Assembly: GCA_040954595.2 (NCBI GenBank)
Contig: CM082579.2
Span: 10,963,625-11,027,624 of the forward strand
DNA: 64,000 nt
Source: Balanoglossus misakiensis
Lineage: Eukaryota; Animalia; Hemichordata
Direction: 5' to 3'
Part shown: positions 49,401 through 61,400 of the stretch, piece by piece
How positions within the stretch are numbered: position 1 is the stretch's first letter
Layout of the letters: every line of letters starts with the position of its first letter
The notes under the pieces: model-generated
The model's input: only the letters and a program-made list of their open reading frames with translations
Databases searched by the model: none
Told to the model about the DNA's origin: nothing
Program-made: the position numbers and the translations under genes

Positions 49401-52400
49401 AGTTTCAAACTGGATGTGGAATTCCGCAATTTTGGGAAAATAACCGTGGTGTCTGGAGACATAGAGCTTCTGTCGAAAGTGACATGGATTGAAGGCACTG
49501 TGGAGTTTTTGGACCTGGCGAGCTCTGTCCTGGTCAAAGGTGGTAGCCATACAATTACCCCAGACACTTATCCAGAACAAGGATTTGGAAAGCTATCGGT
49601 AAGTGTTGTGTTATCACCTTGTGTTAGCTATCTTTGCTATAGCGCCCTCGCTCGCCCCTTGATTTCCAGTGTATGTAACCCTGCAGTTACTCTCACTCTC
49701 TTGCTGTTTTCATGGCGGACTGTATAGGCACAGTCGCGCACGTGCAATAATAGTCAATCCAGGTCATCCTGTAATTGTTAGGGGTAATCACGTTCTAACG
49801 TTTTGCCTAAATTATGGCCTCTGTGAGATAGTTGCCTGTTACTCAGACATGATGTATTCTCGTCAACAGCGAATGATAGTTATTTTCTGGAAACACCTGC
49901 TCTTTTCTGGCTATCCATATTCTTCAATTCCTTTTCTTCACTTTCAGGTGACTGACGCAAACTTACAAGTCATTGACTGCAACTGGGCGGAAGTGACGAT
50001 CAACAACAGGGCGGATGTCAACGTCACCTATCAGTCAATCATCCAACCCGTGATGGAGAAATTGGTCGTCACCGGCGGTGAGGTGACCATCAGCGCCCTC
50101 ACCGAAGGCAGTCTGAGAATCAGGGATATCACGTGTGATGACGGGAAGGTGACGTTCTATGGCGACGTCATAGCTACAAAAGTGACAATAAGGGGCGGTG
50201 TCATTGAGAACCAAGACAAGTTGGAAATTGTTGGTAATCTGTTATGGATGGCTGGCGTCATCCGAGGCAGTCAGTTTGGTCAGGTTGGTATCCGAATGAT
50301 AGAATCATGTTGTAAGAGATGGAGATACCTGTCGTTACAATCATCAAGGGCTTACGGTGTGCTTACTAACCATTGACCTCCATGGTCTTACTGAAGACTG
50401 AACTTATTTTTTACCTCCACCACCAGGCTAAAATGAGCATCTTTGGGACAATCAGTATTTTGGGCGAGACAACCAAACGTCTTGAAGAGCAGCTCCTTGA
50501 AATACACACTGAGGGTGTATGGTTTGGTGACGGGGAAGTTGTTATGAGCAAGTCTACCAGTCTTATGATCATGCCCGGTGGAACATTTACCAGCAAGGCA
50601 TCAGGTAGTAATTCTGATGTAGAGATATATAGTTGCCCAGATTGAACTATGCAGTTAATACTTATCTAAATGACACTGTATACGTACTGTTGGTATAATT
50701 GCACATACGCTGGTAACATTTAACAAACTTATTTTACCTGTAGATGGCGTCTTCAGGGATGATGACAATACCAATGTAATCAGCAACCGTGGAATGTTCA
50801 CCATTGACAGCCGATCGTCGACAACGTCGTACGTCCGATTTGAAAATGAAGGCGTTCTTCAAATTTCTGATGATGCATATCTTGCACTCAGAGGTAAGTT
50901 ATTTTAATTGATGATAGCATATTAATTAATATTCTATTGGACAACTACATGCAAGGAATTTATCCCTCCATCTGCCTGTGTTTAATGTATGGTTGCATGC
51001 ATGCATGCATGCATGCATGAATACATAATACATAGATCTGTCCATCCATCCATAACTTCCCACATCACCATTTCGGTTCACAGGAGACAGTCGGTCCAGT
51101 GGTCAGGTGACAGTTGCAGAAAATGGTACCTTATATTTCCGTGGTGGGTATCATCGTTGGTATGGTAACCCCGACACTGGCCTAGGTATGTTTTTTGTTG
51201 GATTATATCTATTTGGCTCCAGGTCAACTGGTCATTCATATACGTATTTCTTATACTACCGGGTAATGATTACTGCTTCATTCGACGTTGCTAGTAAAGT
51301 GCATGGTGATATTGGTTTGTAGTGTATTCATGATCATCCAGCTGTCTGTCAGAAGTTGAAGTGATGTGGGATTGAAGTTGTTAATGTTAATTTCAATGTT
51401 CCTTGGTGGCAAATTCCCTTACATGTTTGCTGTTTGTTTAATTTCAGTTGAAGGCAATATCTCTGTTGCTGACGCAGAAGTACACATATTTCATTTCAAC
51501 GTGCCTGGTTACCTTGACGCAAAGGAGCATGGGAAGTTGATAGTAGTGACCAATCTTGCAGAGCAGAGATTCAATTCGATCCGAATTAGTGGAGGGGCAA
51601 TGGTAAACATCAATAGTGTGAAGAAGGCAGCTCAGTATCACATCACTGATGTGTCAATCCAATCTGGAACGTTACAAGTTGCCGGTGACGTGACAGTAGA
51701 TGAGGCCATTTTGCTGGAATCTGATTCTTACCTCGTTCTCCCCAAGTTTGCAAACTTAAGCTTACTGGAATGGTGGGGTGGGACGATTGAAGGTAATCGA
51801 GACACTCGCATGGAAGTTAAGACTCTGGTCATGAATGGAAGATGGGACAAGAAGCTGACTCACAAGGTGATGAATCTTAAGGATGACGCATCGGTTGGCG
51901 GGACCGGAAGCCTTACCTTACAAGGAGACTCCACCTGGGATATCGAAAGTACTGCTGAGGTCAACATCTTGTCTGACATGGTGATCAGATCCGAGAAAGG
52001 GAAAGTTCACAATAATGGACAGCTGAATATCGTACTGAGATACAGTGGAAGTTCTAGTGTTGTTAGCATTGAAGGCAACTTTCTCAACAGTGGGATGTTA
52101 TCATGTAAAGAAGGAGCGAAACTCCAAGTGTCTGGTGCATCACAAGTAGATGGGCAAATAGAGTTGTTACGAGAGAGTTCTATCGAATTTTCCGATGGAG
52201 AACACATGCTACTTGCCTCGTCGTTGGTCCAGGGAGAAGGAACCTTAAAAGTGGATGGACCAAGTACGCTATATTTGAAATCACCAGGCATCCAAGTGGG
52301 GACCGTCCATGTTTTTTCAGATTCTGCCACTATAGTCATTGAGACACCAGAAGTCCACCTGGAAGACGTCATTGTCGATGGCATACTCAGAATTACTGAA

Positions 52401-55400
52401 GACAGTGTCAGCTTTGGAACCGTAACTGTAAATGGTGGAACTGTAGCTGTACTGAAAGACACCGTGATCGACCATGTCGTTTTCAACAGTGGAACCATCG
52501 ATCTCAGTGCCAATATGGACTGCAATAACTTTAACTGGGATGGTGGTGAGATCACTGGCAAGGGAACATGTACATCCCAAAACACACAGATGCGAGAAAT
52601 TCGACAACTGAGTTTGAGCAAGGCAGTGCTCAAACTAAATCAAACTGCTACGTTTCAGTCCGGCTTTAAGCAAGCATTGTACATCAATAATGGTGGTACT
52701 CTTGTAGTTGAAAATAACGCCATATGGGATATTTATGAAGAAACCGACTTGCGAACATCTTCCAACTTACATAATGAACTCGTCAACAATGGGGAAATTA
52801 CTTTTCACAAGCCATCCAAAGTTGGCATGAAGGTTACTAATGATGGCGTCATGAAGTCCTATGGGAGTGTCCTGGATTTTGAGCATGATGTGAATAATTT
52901 TGGAAAAGTTCAAATCAGTGAATACACCAACATGAAAACTCGAACATTCTTCTCTGATGGCGGTTCAACAATATCCGGTAATGGTTCCTTATCAATCGTC
53001 AGTGGATCCTCAAAGTTTTCTCCGAGTATTCTTGAGGTCAGTGAAATTGAAATCCAAGGTGGAACAGCTGATTTTGAATGGAGAGGCAGCACTGGTCGGA
53101 CACTGAAGTCACTGAGTGTGCTCGATGGAACCATTGCATTACACGCTGCACATGACGTCCAATTAATGGTCATTGAAGTGAAGGTGGAAGGCGGACGATT
53201 GAATCTTGGTGTTGGTGTCGAAGTTGCCAATCTTTCCATGACCGCTGGCACCTTGGAGATAAGAAATAACCTGAATATCGACCGATTGGACTTCTCTGGG
53301 GGCACAATCCAATCCCTGTCTTCCGAGACATTTTCTGTGACAACACAGGACATGTTTCTTCACCACCACACTGACACCCAGAAGAAGCTCCAACAAATTA
53401 GCATGAAAGTAGCTCGCAGAGGATCTTGGGAAGAGATCCCTCTCATTGAAGACGTATTCTGTATAGAAAACAGCGGCAAGTTGGTTATTTTGGAAGGTGC
53501 AGTTTTCACCATTGACGGAATGCGGCATGTTGACAGGTGCAGTGGTGTTGGCGTTGGTGTCATTAATAACTATGGCATCTTTGAGATTATGGAGACCAGC
53601 TCACAAGCCCCCAGTGCAGTTTCACACTTCAAAACTGAAGCTGACTTCCGCAATTATGGATCTCTTCTATTGGATGCAAACAGTAAAGTTTCATTCTTGG
53701 CAACAGCGTCGCTGGATGGTGCGTTCTCCTCTGGGGTTAATACCAGCGTTGAATTCAGAAATCACCAAAGTTCAAGCGATTTGAATATCAACTGCACGTG
53801 GCTGCTGGTCGCAACTTCGAAAGTTGTACTCGCCCAACCAGTCGCATTGGATTCAATCACTCTGGAAAACAGTGATTCAACTCTTGTTCTGACAAATCGT
53901 AATGATGTAAAAGAATCGAACTACAACGTCGGAACTGTGAGTATCACTGGCGGTACACTGGATCTCAGAGAAAATGTGAACATTGGCTACTTGGACATGT
54001 CTGGCGGTTCCCTAACAGGCCACACATTGGAATCAGACGTGATACATGTCTCGGTAGTGAAAGCTGACCTCCGAGATACATCTGCCATCAGGCATGTGGA
54101 CCAAATAGCTTTTCAAGAAGTCAACATGTATGGACCAACAGTGACTTTTGACTCGAGCAACGTGTTCTTCACTGAAAAGTCAACCATAATGACCAAATTC
54201 TTACTGGATTTGTCTAATGGGGCCAATGTCACCAACGGAGACAATTCCCTCATGCAAGTCAGCGGACAAACCATCGTCGATAAATGTACCGGGGAAAACA
54301 AGTGTTCGTTCTTCAACAATGGCCGCATTACTGTTGATAGTCCAAGTTTTTCAGTTCTTGCATACTTCTACAACAGTGGGCTTGTTGAGGCTATTGGTGA
54401 GCGAGTTAGCATAGATATTGTGATGCCCGAAGATCAAAACGAGGTTGGCACCTATGAGATGAATGGACCTAAGAACAAGTTAACATTCAATGGGCCGTAT
54501 GACGAACTCGGTTCATCGAGTTACAACGGACAGACAGAAATAGACGAACATTCGTATTTCAATGATGGGACCACTTTGGCAGTCACTCAAGGAACAGTGA
54601 AGATCACACCAGTGTCGGGCAGATATGATTCTATCACTGATGGATTGAACATTAAAGTGGACGGTGGGAAAGTAGTGTTCAATGACTCAATGGTCGGACG
54701 GGGATCACAGTTGAAACTCAAATCATTAATTGTTAACTCCGGAGAAGCCATCCTGGACGACAATCTTTCACCAATTTCAAGAGTGGAACTCAACGGTGGC
54801 ACTCTACTGGGCAGTGGAAAAATTGAGAAATTCTTCTGGAGAAACGGGCATATCCAGGATGCAGCAGTTGATATTGATGATCTCACCATGTACAGTGGAG
54901 ATCAGAAGTCCATTGCTGCGAGTGCTATCAGCATCAAAAGTCAGCTGACCAACAGATTTTCCAACACCTTGATGCTGTCAACGGAATCGCGCATAATTAA
55001 TGACGTCACATCAAACTTCTCAATCACGGCTCCTCTCACAATCAACAGTGGTGATGATGACCGCGATGTTCTGATGAACAGAGGTACACTATTCATCTCC
55101 ACAGTGTTGGAACAAGAAGCAGTCTTTGACGTCTCGTTCAACAGTACAGGAGATATCGAGATTCTAAGTGGTGCACTAAGGCTCGTGAAAAACAGCTTGC
55201 TTTCGGCATCTATCAAAATGAGCCCTGGCACGAGACTACAGTTTGATGATGGAGAACACGAGCTAACAGAGTCCTCGTCCGTATCGGGAAATGGGTATCT
55301 GAATGTCCAGGACTCCGCTCTGGTGACATCGTCAACAAACAACGTTAACATCGACAAATTTGAATCATCTGGAAACTCGTTTCTGAAAGGTAGGTGTGTT

Positions 55401-58400
55401 GATTATCAACATGTGCTCACTCGAGTAATAAATTAACTATAATTGAGATGTCAGCCGTGTTGTCATGGCTGATTCGAATGTACACCTGGTCCTTAAAACA
55501 CACATTATTTCCTTATTGCATTTACATGCTGCGATGCTACTAGTGTGTGATACGTGGTCATTTTGAGCAATAATGAAACAGCATTTGATGAACGTGACGA
55601 ATGCCAGAACTAAGTATGTAAATGCCCTTTCATTCTCCAGGATCATCTTGCATTGATATAATGCGTTTACACGATGGCTCAATTGAACTGAATGGTGGAC
55701 TTGCAGCCAATGATGGCATAAGTATTGGTAAGTTCTAGTTCTGGATGTCACTTGACCGTATGTCTGGATTTTCCATTCAATTTTAGCCACTGCAGTGAAT
55801 TTGCGTAAAGATGAAGAAGAGAAATATAAGAATGACATGACTGCACGTGGACACTTTCATAATGTTAGTGTTAGCAAGAAATTTCCATCTGGATGCGCAT
55901 CATTGATTCCTAGAGACACGGTATAACAAGTGCTCTGACAAAGGGGTCGTTTAGCATCATACAGTGTACAATATAGCAGACCACTAACTGTGCTGTATTT
56001 CATATGTGTAGGGTCCTTAGAGGTGTATGGAGGCACCCTGCAATGCCCCGGGATTGCCGCCATCAATGGCCCTGCCCTACTTACGTCCGGTCAGGTATTC
56101 GTAACTGGGTCACTATATGCCAATGGGTATCTCCAAATTGGCGATGACGTCACAACTATAGGGAACATAGAACAACCGCAAGGTAGGTGCATTGAGGCAT
56201 GGTTTAAAGCGTGACAATCTTTATCCCCACTCCCCCATTATTACACGCGAGTCATCTAAGCTTTTGAACAATATAGTATGTTAAAACACGCCCTAGCATA
56301 CCACAAATGCTGACAGTTTTATCGCAATTCCTTTCTGCAGATGCAAGTTGTAGTGGAATAACGGACTGCAGTTCTTGCATATCACCATGCACGTGGAACC
56401 CAAGTACAAACCTGTGTGTCAAGCAGAGTAAAGCTGGGCCCCTACAATGCTACCAGGCAGACTGTTCAGCAGGTATAAACTTGATATCACTTATTTCAGT
56501 TGCGTGTATTATTAAACAATTCCAAACCAGAGACAAAGGAATAGCTCACCAAACACCTACCGCACCATCCTTGAACATGGCACATTGTCACTCCAGACAA
56601 AACAAAACAAGACAGATCTTTAACAATGGAGTTGATGATAAAGAGAGACGGACACAGTTATGTTTATATGGTCGTGGTGATTCTTGGTAAATTTCTATCT
56701 CACAATTGACGAGGCACGTGGCAATCTGGAAGTGGTTTATGAGGTTAATAATGTGTGGACTGTTGTGTTATCACCCTGTGTTAGCTATCTTTGCTATAGC
56801 GCCCTCGCTCGCGCCCTGATTTCCAGTGCATGTAACCCTGCTGTTACTTCGCTCTCTTGCTGTTTCATGGCGGACTGTTAGACACAGTCGCGCACATATC
56901 TTCATAATAAATAGTTGTGTTTACTTGCAATAAGTCAGTCCTGGTCATCGATCCACCCCACGGTCTCCCGAATAATAATAGTCAATAACATAACATGGTG
57001 TCAGGAAAGGTGACTTAGCCGACAACTAGAAACCGTCGCTGGAGTAGTGATCAGAAGAAACCAACGGACTCGACTGCACAGAACATTGCCAGGTATTGTA
57101 ACACACACTGAGACGCTCTCCGCGCCGAAATCGAAACAGCATCAGCATGGCAGAATTAAGTGGTCTCCCAACACCACAGATGGACTGGAACTCTGACGAC
57201 CCAGTCACTGCACTCACAAAGTTTAAAGACTTGTGTGAGCTGTACTTTGATGGTCCATTAGCGAACCTAGACGACAAAAGAAAACTCAGATATCTGCTGA
57301 TCTGGATTGGTCAAGATGGTCGTGACATACAGAAATCATGGGGACTGAAAGGCGATTCCCTGAACGATCTCGCCAAACACTGGGAGATGTTTGAGGCATA
57401 TGTGAAGCCACACAGCAATTTTCGAGTTGCCAGATTCAAATTGAGAAACCTGAAGCAAGAAACCGATGAAACCGTGGACAGCTTCATGAAACGAATCAGA
57501 CTCATTTGTGCTGATTGTAATTACAAAGAGCCTAACGAACACATGTTAGATACACTCATTTATGGCATCAACTCACGTCAAGTACAATTGAAATTGCTTG
57601 AGAAAGGCGAAAAAACAACGCTACAAGACGCCATACAAGTATGTCAGCGACACGAGGCCACATCTCGTCAACTGAATGACATCAATAGCGCTGAACCAGA
57701 GACAGTTCACGTTATACACAGATCCCGTGGTGGAAAACCGAAAACCCACAGAATGACTAGCGCCAAAAAGCGTGACACGAGGTCACCGCCTAGGTCACCA
57801 ACCCAACCCTGCCGGAATTGTGGTAAATCTCATAAACGGGAGGAAAGATGCCCTGCCCGTGGATCAACCTGCCGAAACTGCGGTAAGCAAAACCATTGGA
57901 TAAAGATGTGCAGATCAACTCGCTCGAGAGTAGCACCGAGCACAGTGAAGTCAGAGCCGACTACTCGTGTTCACACAATGAAAGAGACTGACTCAGGAAG
58001 TCCAGTCAACGCTGAAGCAGCTACTGTTTACTTTCACACGGTTCACGAAGACCACAGCTGTCAGACCGTTACCCATAGCAACCGTAGCGACAAGCAAGCC
58101 TTCGTCACGCTCAGCGCCAGATCCGATTACAAAACAAAAGCCATCAAGTGCAAGATAGACACTGGTGCAGAGGGTAATGTCATGCCCGCCTCAGTATACC
58201 GAACACTGATTCCCACTGAAGAAAACGAATTGGTTGGATTACAGCCGTGTCAATCCAGACTGATTGCGTTCGGAGGTCACACCGTTGAGCTTTACGGTAC
58301 GTGTTACCTCACACTCAAACACCGCGACCAGACTACGCGCTGTTTATTTCACGTGAGCAAAGCCGAAGGACCGGTACTACTCGGTTTGCCAACCTGCAAC

Positions 58401-61400
58401 GCATTGCAGCTAGTGACATTTCACTATAACATCGATGTGGTAGACGACAACACGGTGTCCGACACTGTGTCCAACGCGTCATCGCAACGCGGCAGACCAA
58501 AGGGCGATCCCATAGCGCGTGAGAAAGTGCTTGAACAATACGCGGATGTATTTCAAGGGATTGGCTGCTTTGAGGGCAAATATCACATCGAGACTGACCC
58601 GAACGTACCGCCCGTGGTACACCCCCCGCGACGCGTTCCGTACGCTCTCCGCGATGCGCTCAAAGAGGAGTTAGACTCGCTTGTAGAAAAAGGAGTACTG
58701 AAACCGGTCACACAACCGACTGATTGGGTCAACAGTTGCGTCTGTGTCACAAAGAAAAACGGCAGAATCCGCCTCTGCCTCGATCCGAAAGATTTAAATC
58801 ACGCGATCAAACGTCCTCACTATCCTACCCCAACGTTCGATGAGATAGTAAGCCGCCTGCACGGTGCAAAGTGGTTTAGCATTTTAGATGCTCGCTCCGG
58901 GTATTGGAACATACCGCTAGATGACGAGAGCGCCCTACTCACAACGTTCAACACACCGTTTGGTAGATACTGCTACCGTCGATTACCGATGGGCATAAAG
59001 TGCGCCCAAGATGTCTTTCAAGGACAGATGGATAAGCTATATGGTGACATCCATGGCGTGTCCGGAATCTCAGATGACCTCATAATCGCAGGCTGGGACG
59101 CGGACGGCCATGATCACGATGTCGCGCTTCGCCGCGTACTACAACGCGCACGAGAGAAAAACGCACGCTTCAACGACGAGAAGCTAGTCGTACGATGCAA
59201 ACGCATACCATTCTACGGTCACATCATCGGAGAAGATGGTATCTCGCCCGATCCCGCTAAGATATCAGCGATCAGGGAGATGGACCGCCCAGCTGATAAG
59301 AAAAGCTTACAGAGCTTTCTCGGTATGGTCAACTACCTAAGCAGATTCACGCCCTGCTTAGCAGACCTAACGGCACCGTTACGCGACCTTTGTAAACAGG
59401 ACTCAGAGTTCCTGTGGGGTCCAGAACACGACCGTGCATTCACGCGAATCAAAGCAGAGATGTGCGCAACACGCAATCTTCCGTTTTACGATCCACACAA
59501 ACCGCTGACGTTACAAGTAGACGCGTCCAGCCGAGGCCTAGGTGCATCGCTTATTCAAGACAAACGCCCAATCGCGTTCGCGAGTAAAGCACTGACGGAC
59601 ACAGAAATGCGCTACTCGAATATCGAGAGGGAAATGTTAGCCGTGATATATGGTCTAGAGCGTTTCCACGAGTACGTATTCGCCCGCCACGTCACAATCG
59701 AGACAGATCACCGGCCGCTGGTGAGCATCGTAAAGAAAAACATTGTGAATGTTACATCGAGACTAGCACGAATGCTGCTACGCATGCAACCATACAACTA
59801 CACGCTAGAGTACGTCACAGGGAAATGCGTCCCGCTAGCTGACGCGCTATCACGCGTTGATCCCAAAGCCGGAACAACAGTCGAAGGTCTCGACATTACA
59901 GTACATCAGATGAACCTGAGTGCTTCGCCCGCTCGACTCGATCAGTTCCGCGAAGAGACCGCCCGCGATGTTGAGCTAACCGCGCTTCGAAACATGATAA
60001 TGACAGGTTGGCCAGACACGCGCGCCGAGTGTCCAACTCACTTGCTTCCGTATTGGACATTCCGAGAAGAATTAGGTGTAGCGGATGGAGTCGTCATCAA
60101 GGGTAACAGAATCGTCGTACCCAAGTCATTACGCAAAATGGCGCTAGAGAAGATTCATCTCGCACACCAGGGCATAGAGAAATGCCGGCTACGCGCCAAA
60201 TCTGCAGACTATTGGGTAGGCATGAACAATGACATTGAACAAATGGTACGCAAATGCCCAACGTGCCAAAAGCACCAAAACTCGCTGCCCAAAGAACCGC
60301 TGCACTCATACGACGTGCCACCCGGACCATGGCACACGCTATCAACCGACTTGTTCTACTGGGAACAATCAACATACCTATTGGTAGCCGACCAGTATTC
60401 TAAATTCCCACTGGTACGCAAACTGAGCAACCTCAGTTCGAGATCGATCATCAACCACATGAAAGTGATGTTCGACGAGCATGGAATATGCCATCGCTTG
60501 ATTTCTGACAACGGACCGCAATTTGATTGCAAGGAATTCAAAGAATTCGCGAGAAACTACGGATTTGAACACATCACGAGTTCACCTCACTTCCCGTCCA
60601 GCAATGGCTTCATCGAGAAGCAGGTCGATACGGTGAAAGATCTATTCACGAAAGCCCGCGAGACAGGCACTGATCCGCATTTAGCTATGCTATGTCTGCG
60701 CACAACGCCAATTGATCACAACTTGCCGTCGCCCTGCGAGATGCTGAATTCACGCATGTACAAGTCAAACCTACCGGGCAGGATGCCACACAATGCAAGC
60801 CGCCATAGCGAAGCATTACAACGCAGTCAAGACGTGTCCACAAAACGCTTCGAGAGCAACCGTCCCCTGTCCGAGCTGAAGCCACACCAATCCGTCCGTG
60901 TGCAACACCCCGTCAACAAGACATGGGAACCAGGCAAAATCATCACGCGCACCGCTGAACCGCGATCTTATACAGTAGAGACATCGCGAGGTGTGTACAG
61001 GCGTAACCGACGCCACATCAGGCCTACTGCAGAGATCTTCCGTGATGTAGACCTACGTACGCGCCGTCACGACAACGACATCACCGTAGATGTACCGGGA
61101 CCAGCCAGCACTGCAAACTCCACACCCACGAAGGAAAAACAACACCGCTGCGTTACGTCGTTCACAGCGTACGATCAGGAAACCAGAGCGCCTAGACTTG
61201 TGAACTCTCATGAGCTCAATCAGTGACACTTCAGTTATGAGTTCATTCATTGAAAGACATTGTTATTGACATTCACAAGTTCAGATTTTGCCAAACTGTG
61301 TTCTATCACTTTTTCTTACAAAGGGGGATGTTGTGTTATCACCTTGTGTCAGCTATCCTTGCTATAGCGCCCTCGCTCGCGCCCTGATTTCCAGTGCATG

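Noticed and set aside
46997-55838. Numerous minus-strand ORFs, and separate plus-strand ORFs as independent genes
   Set aside because: The minus-strand ORFs are antisense shadows. The plus-strand ORFs are exons of one gene with intronic ORF-track starts.
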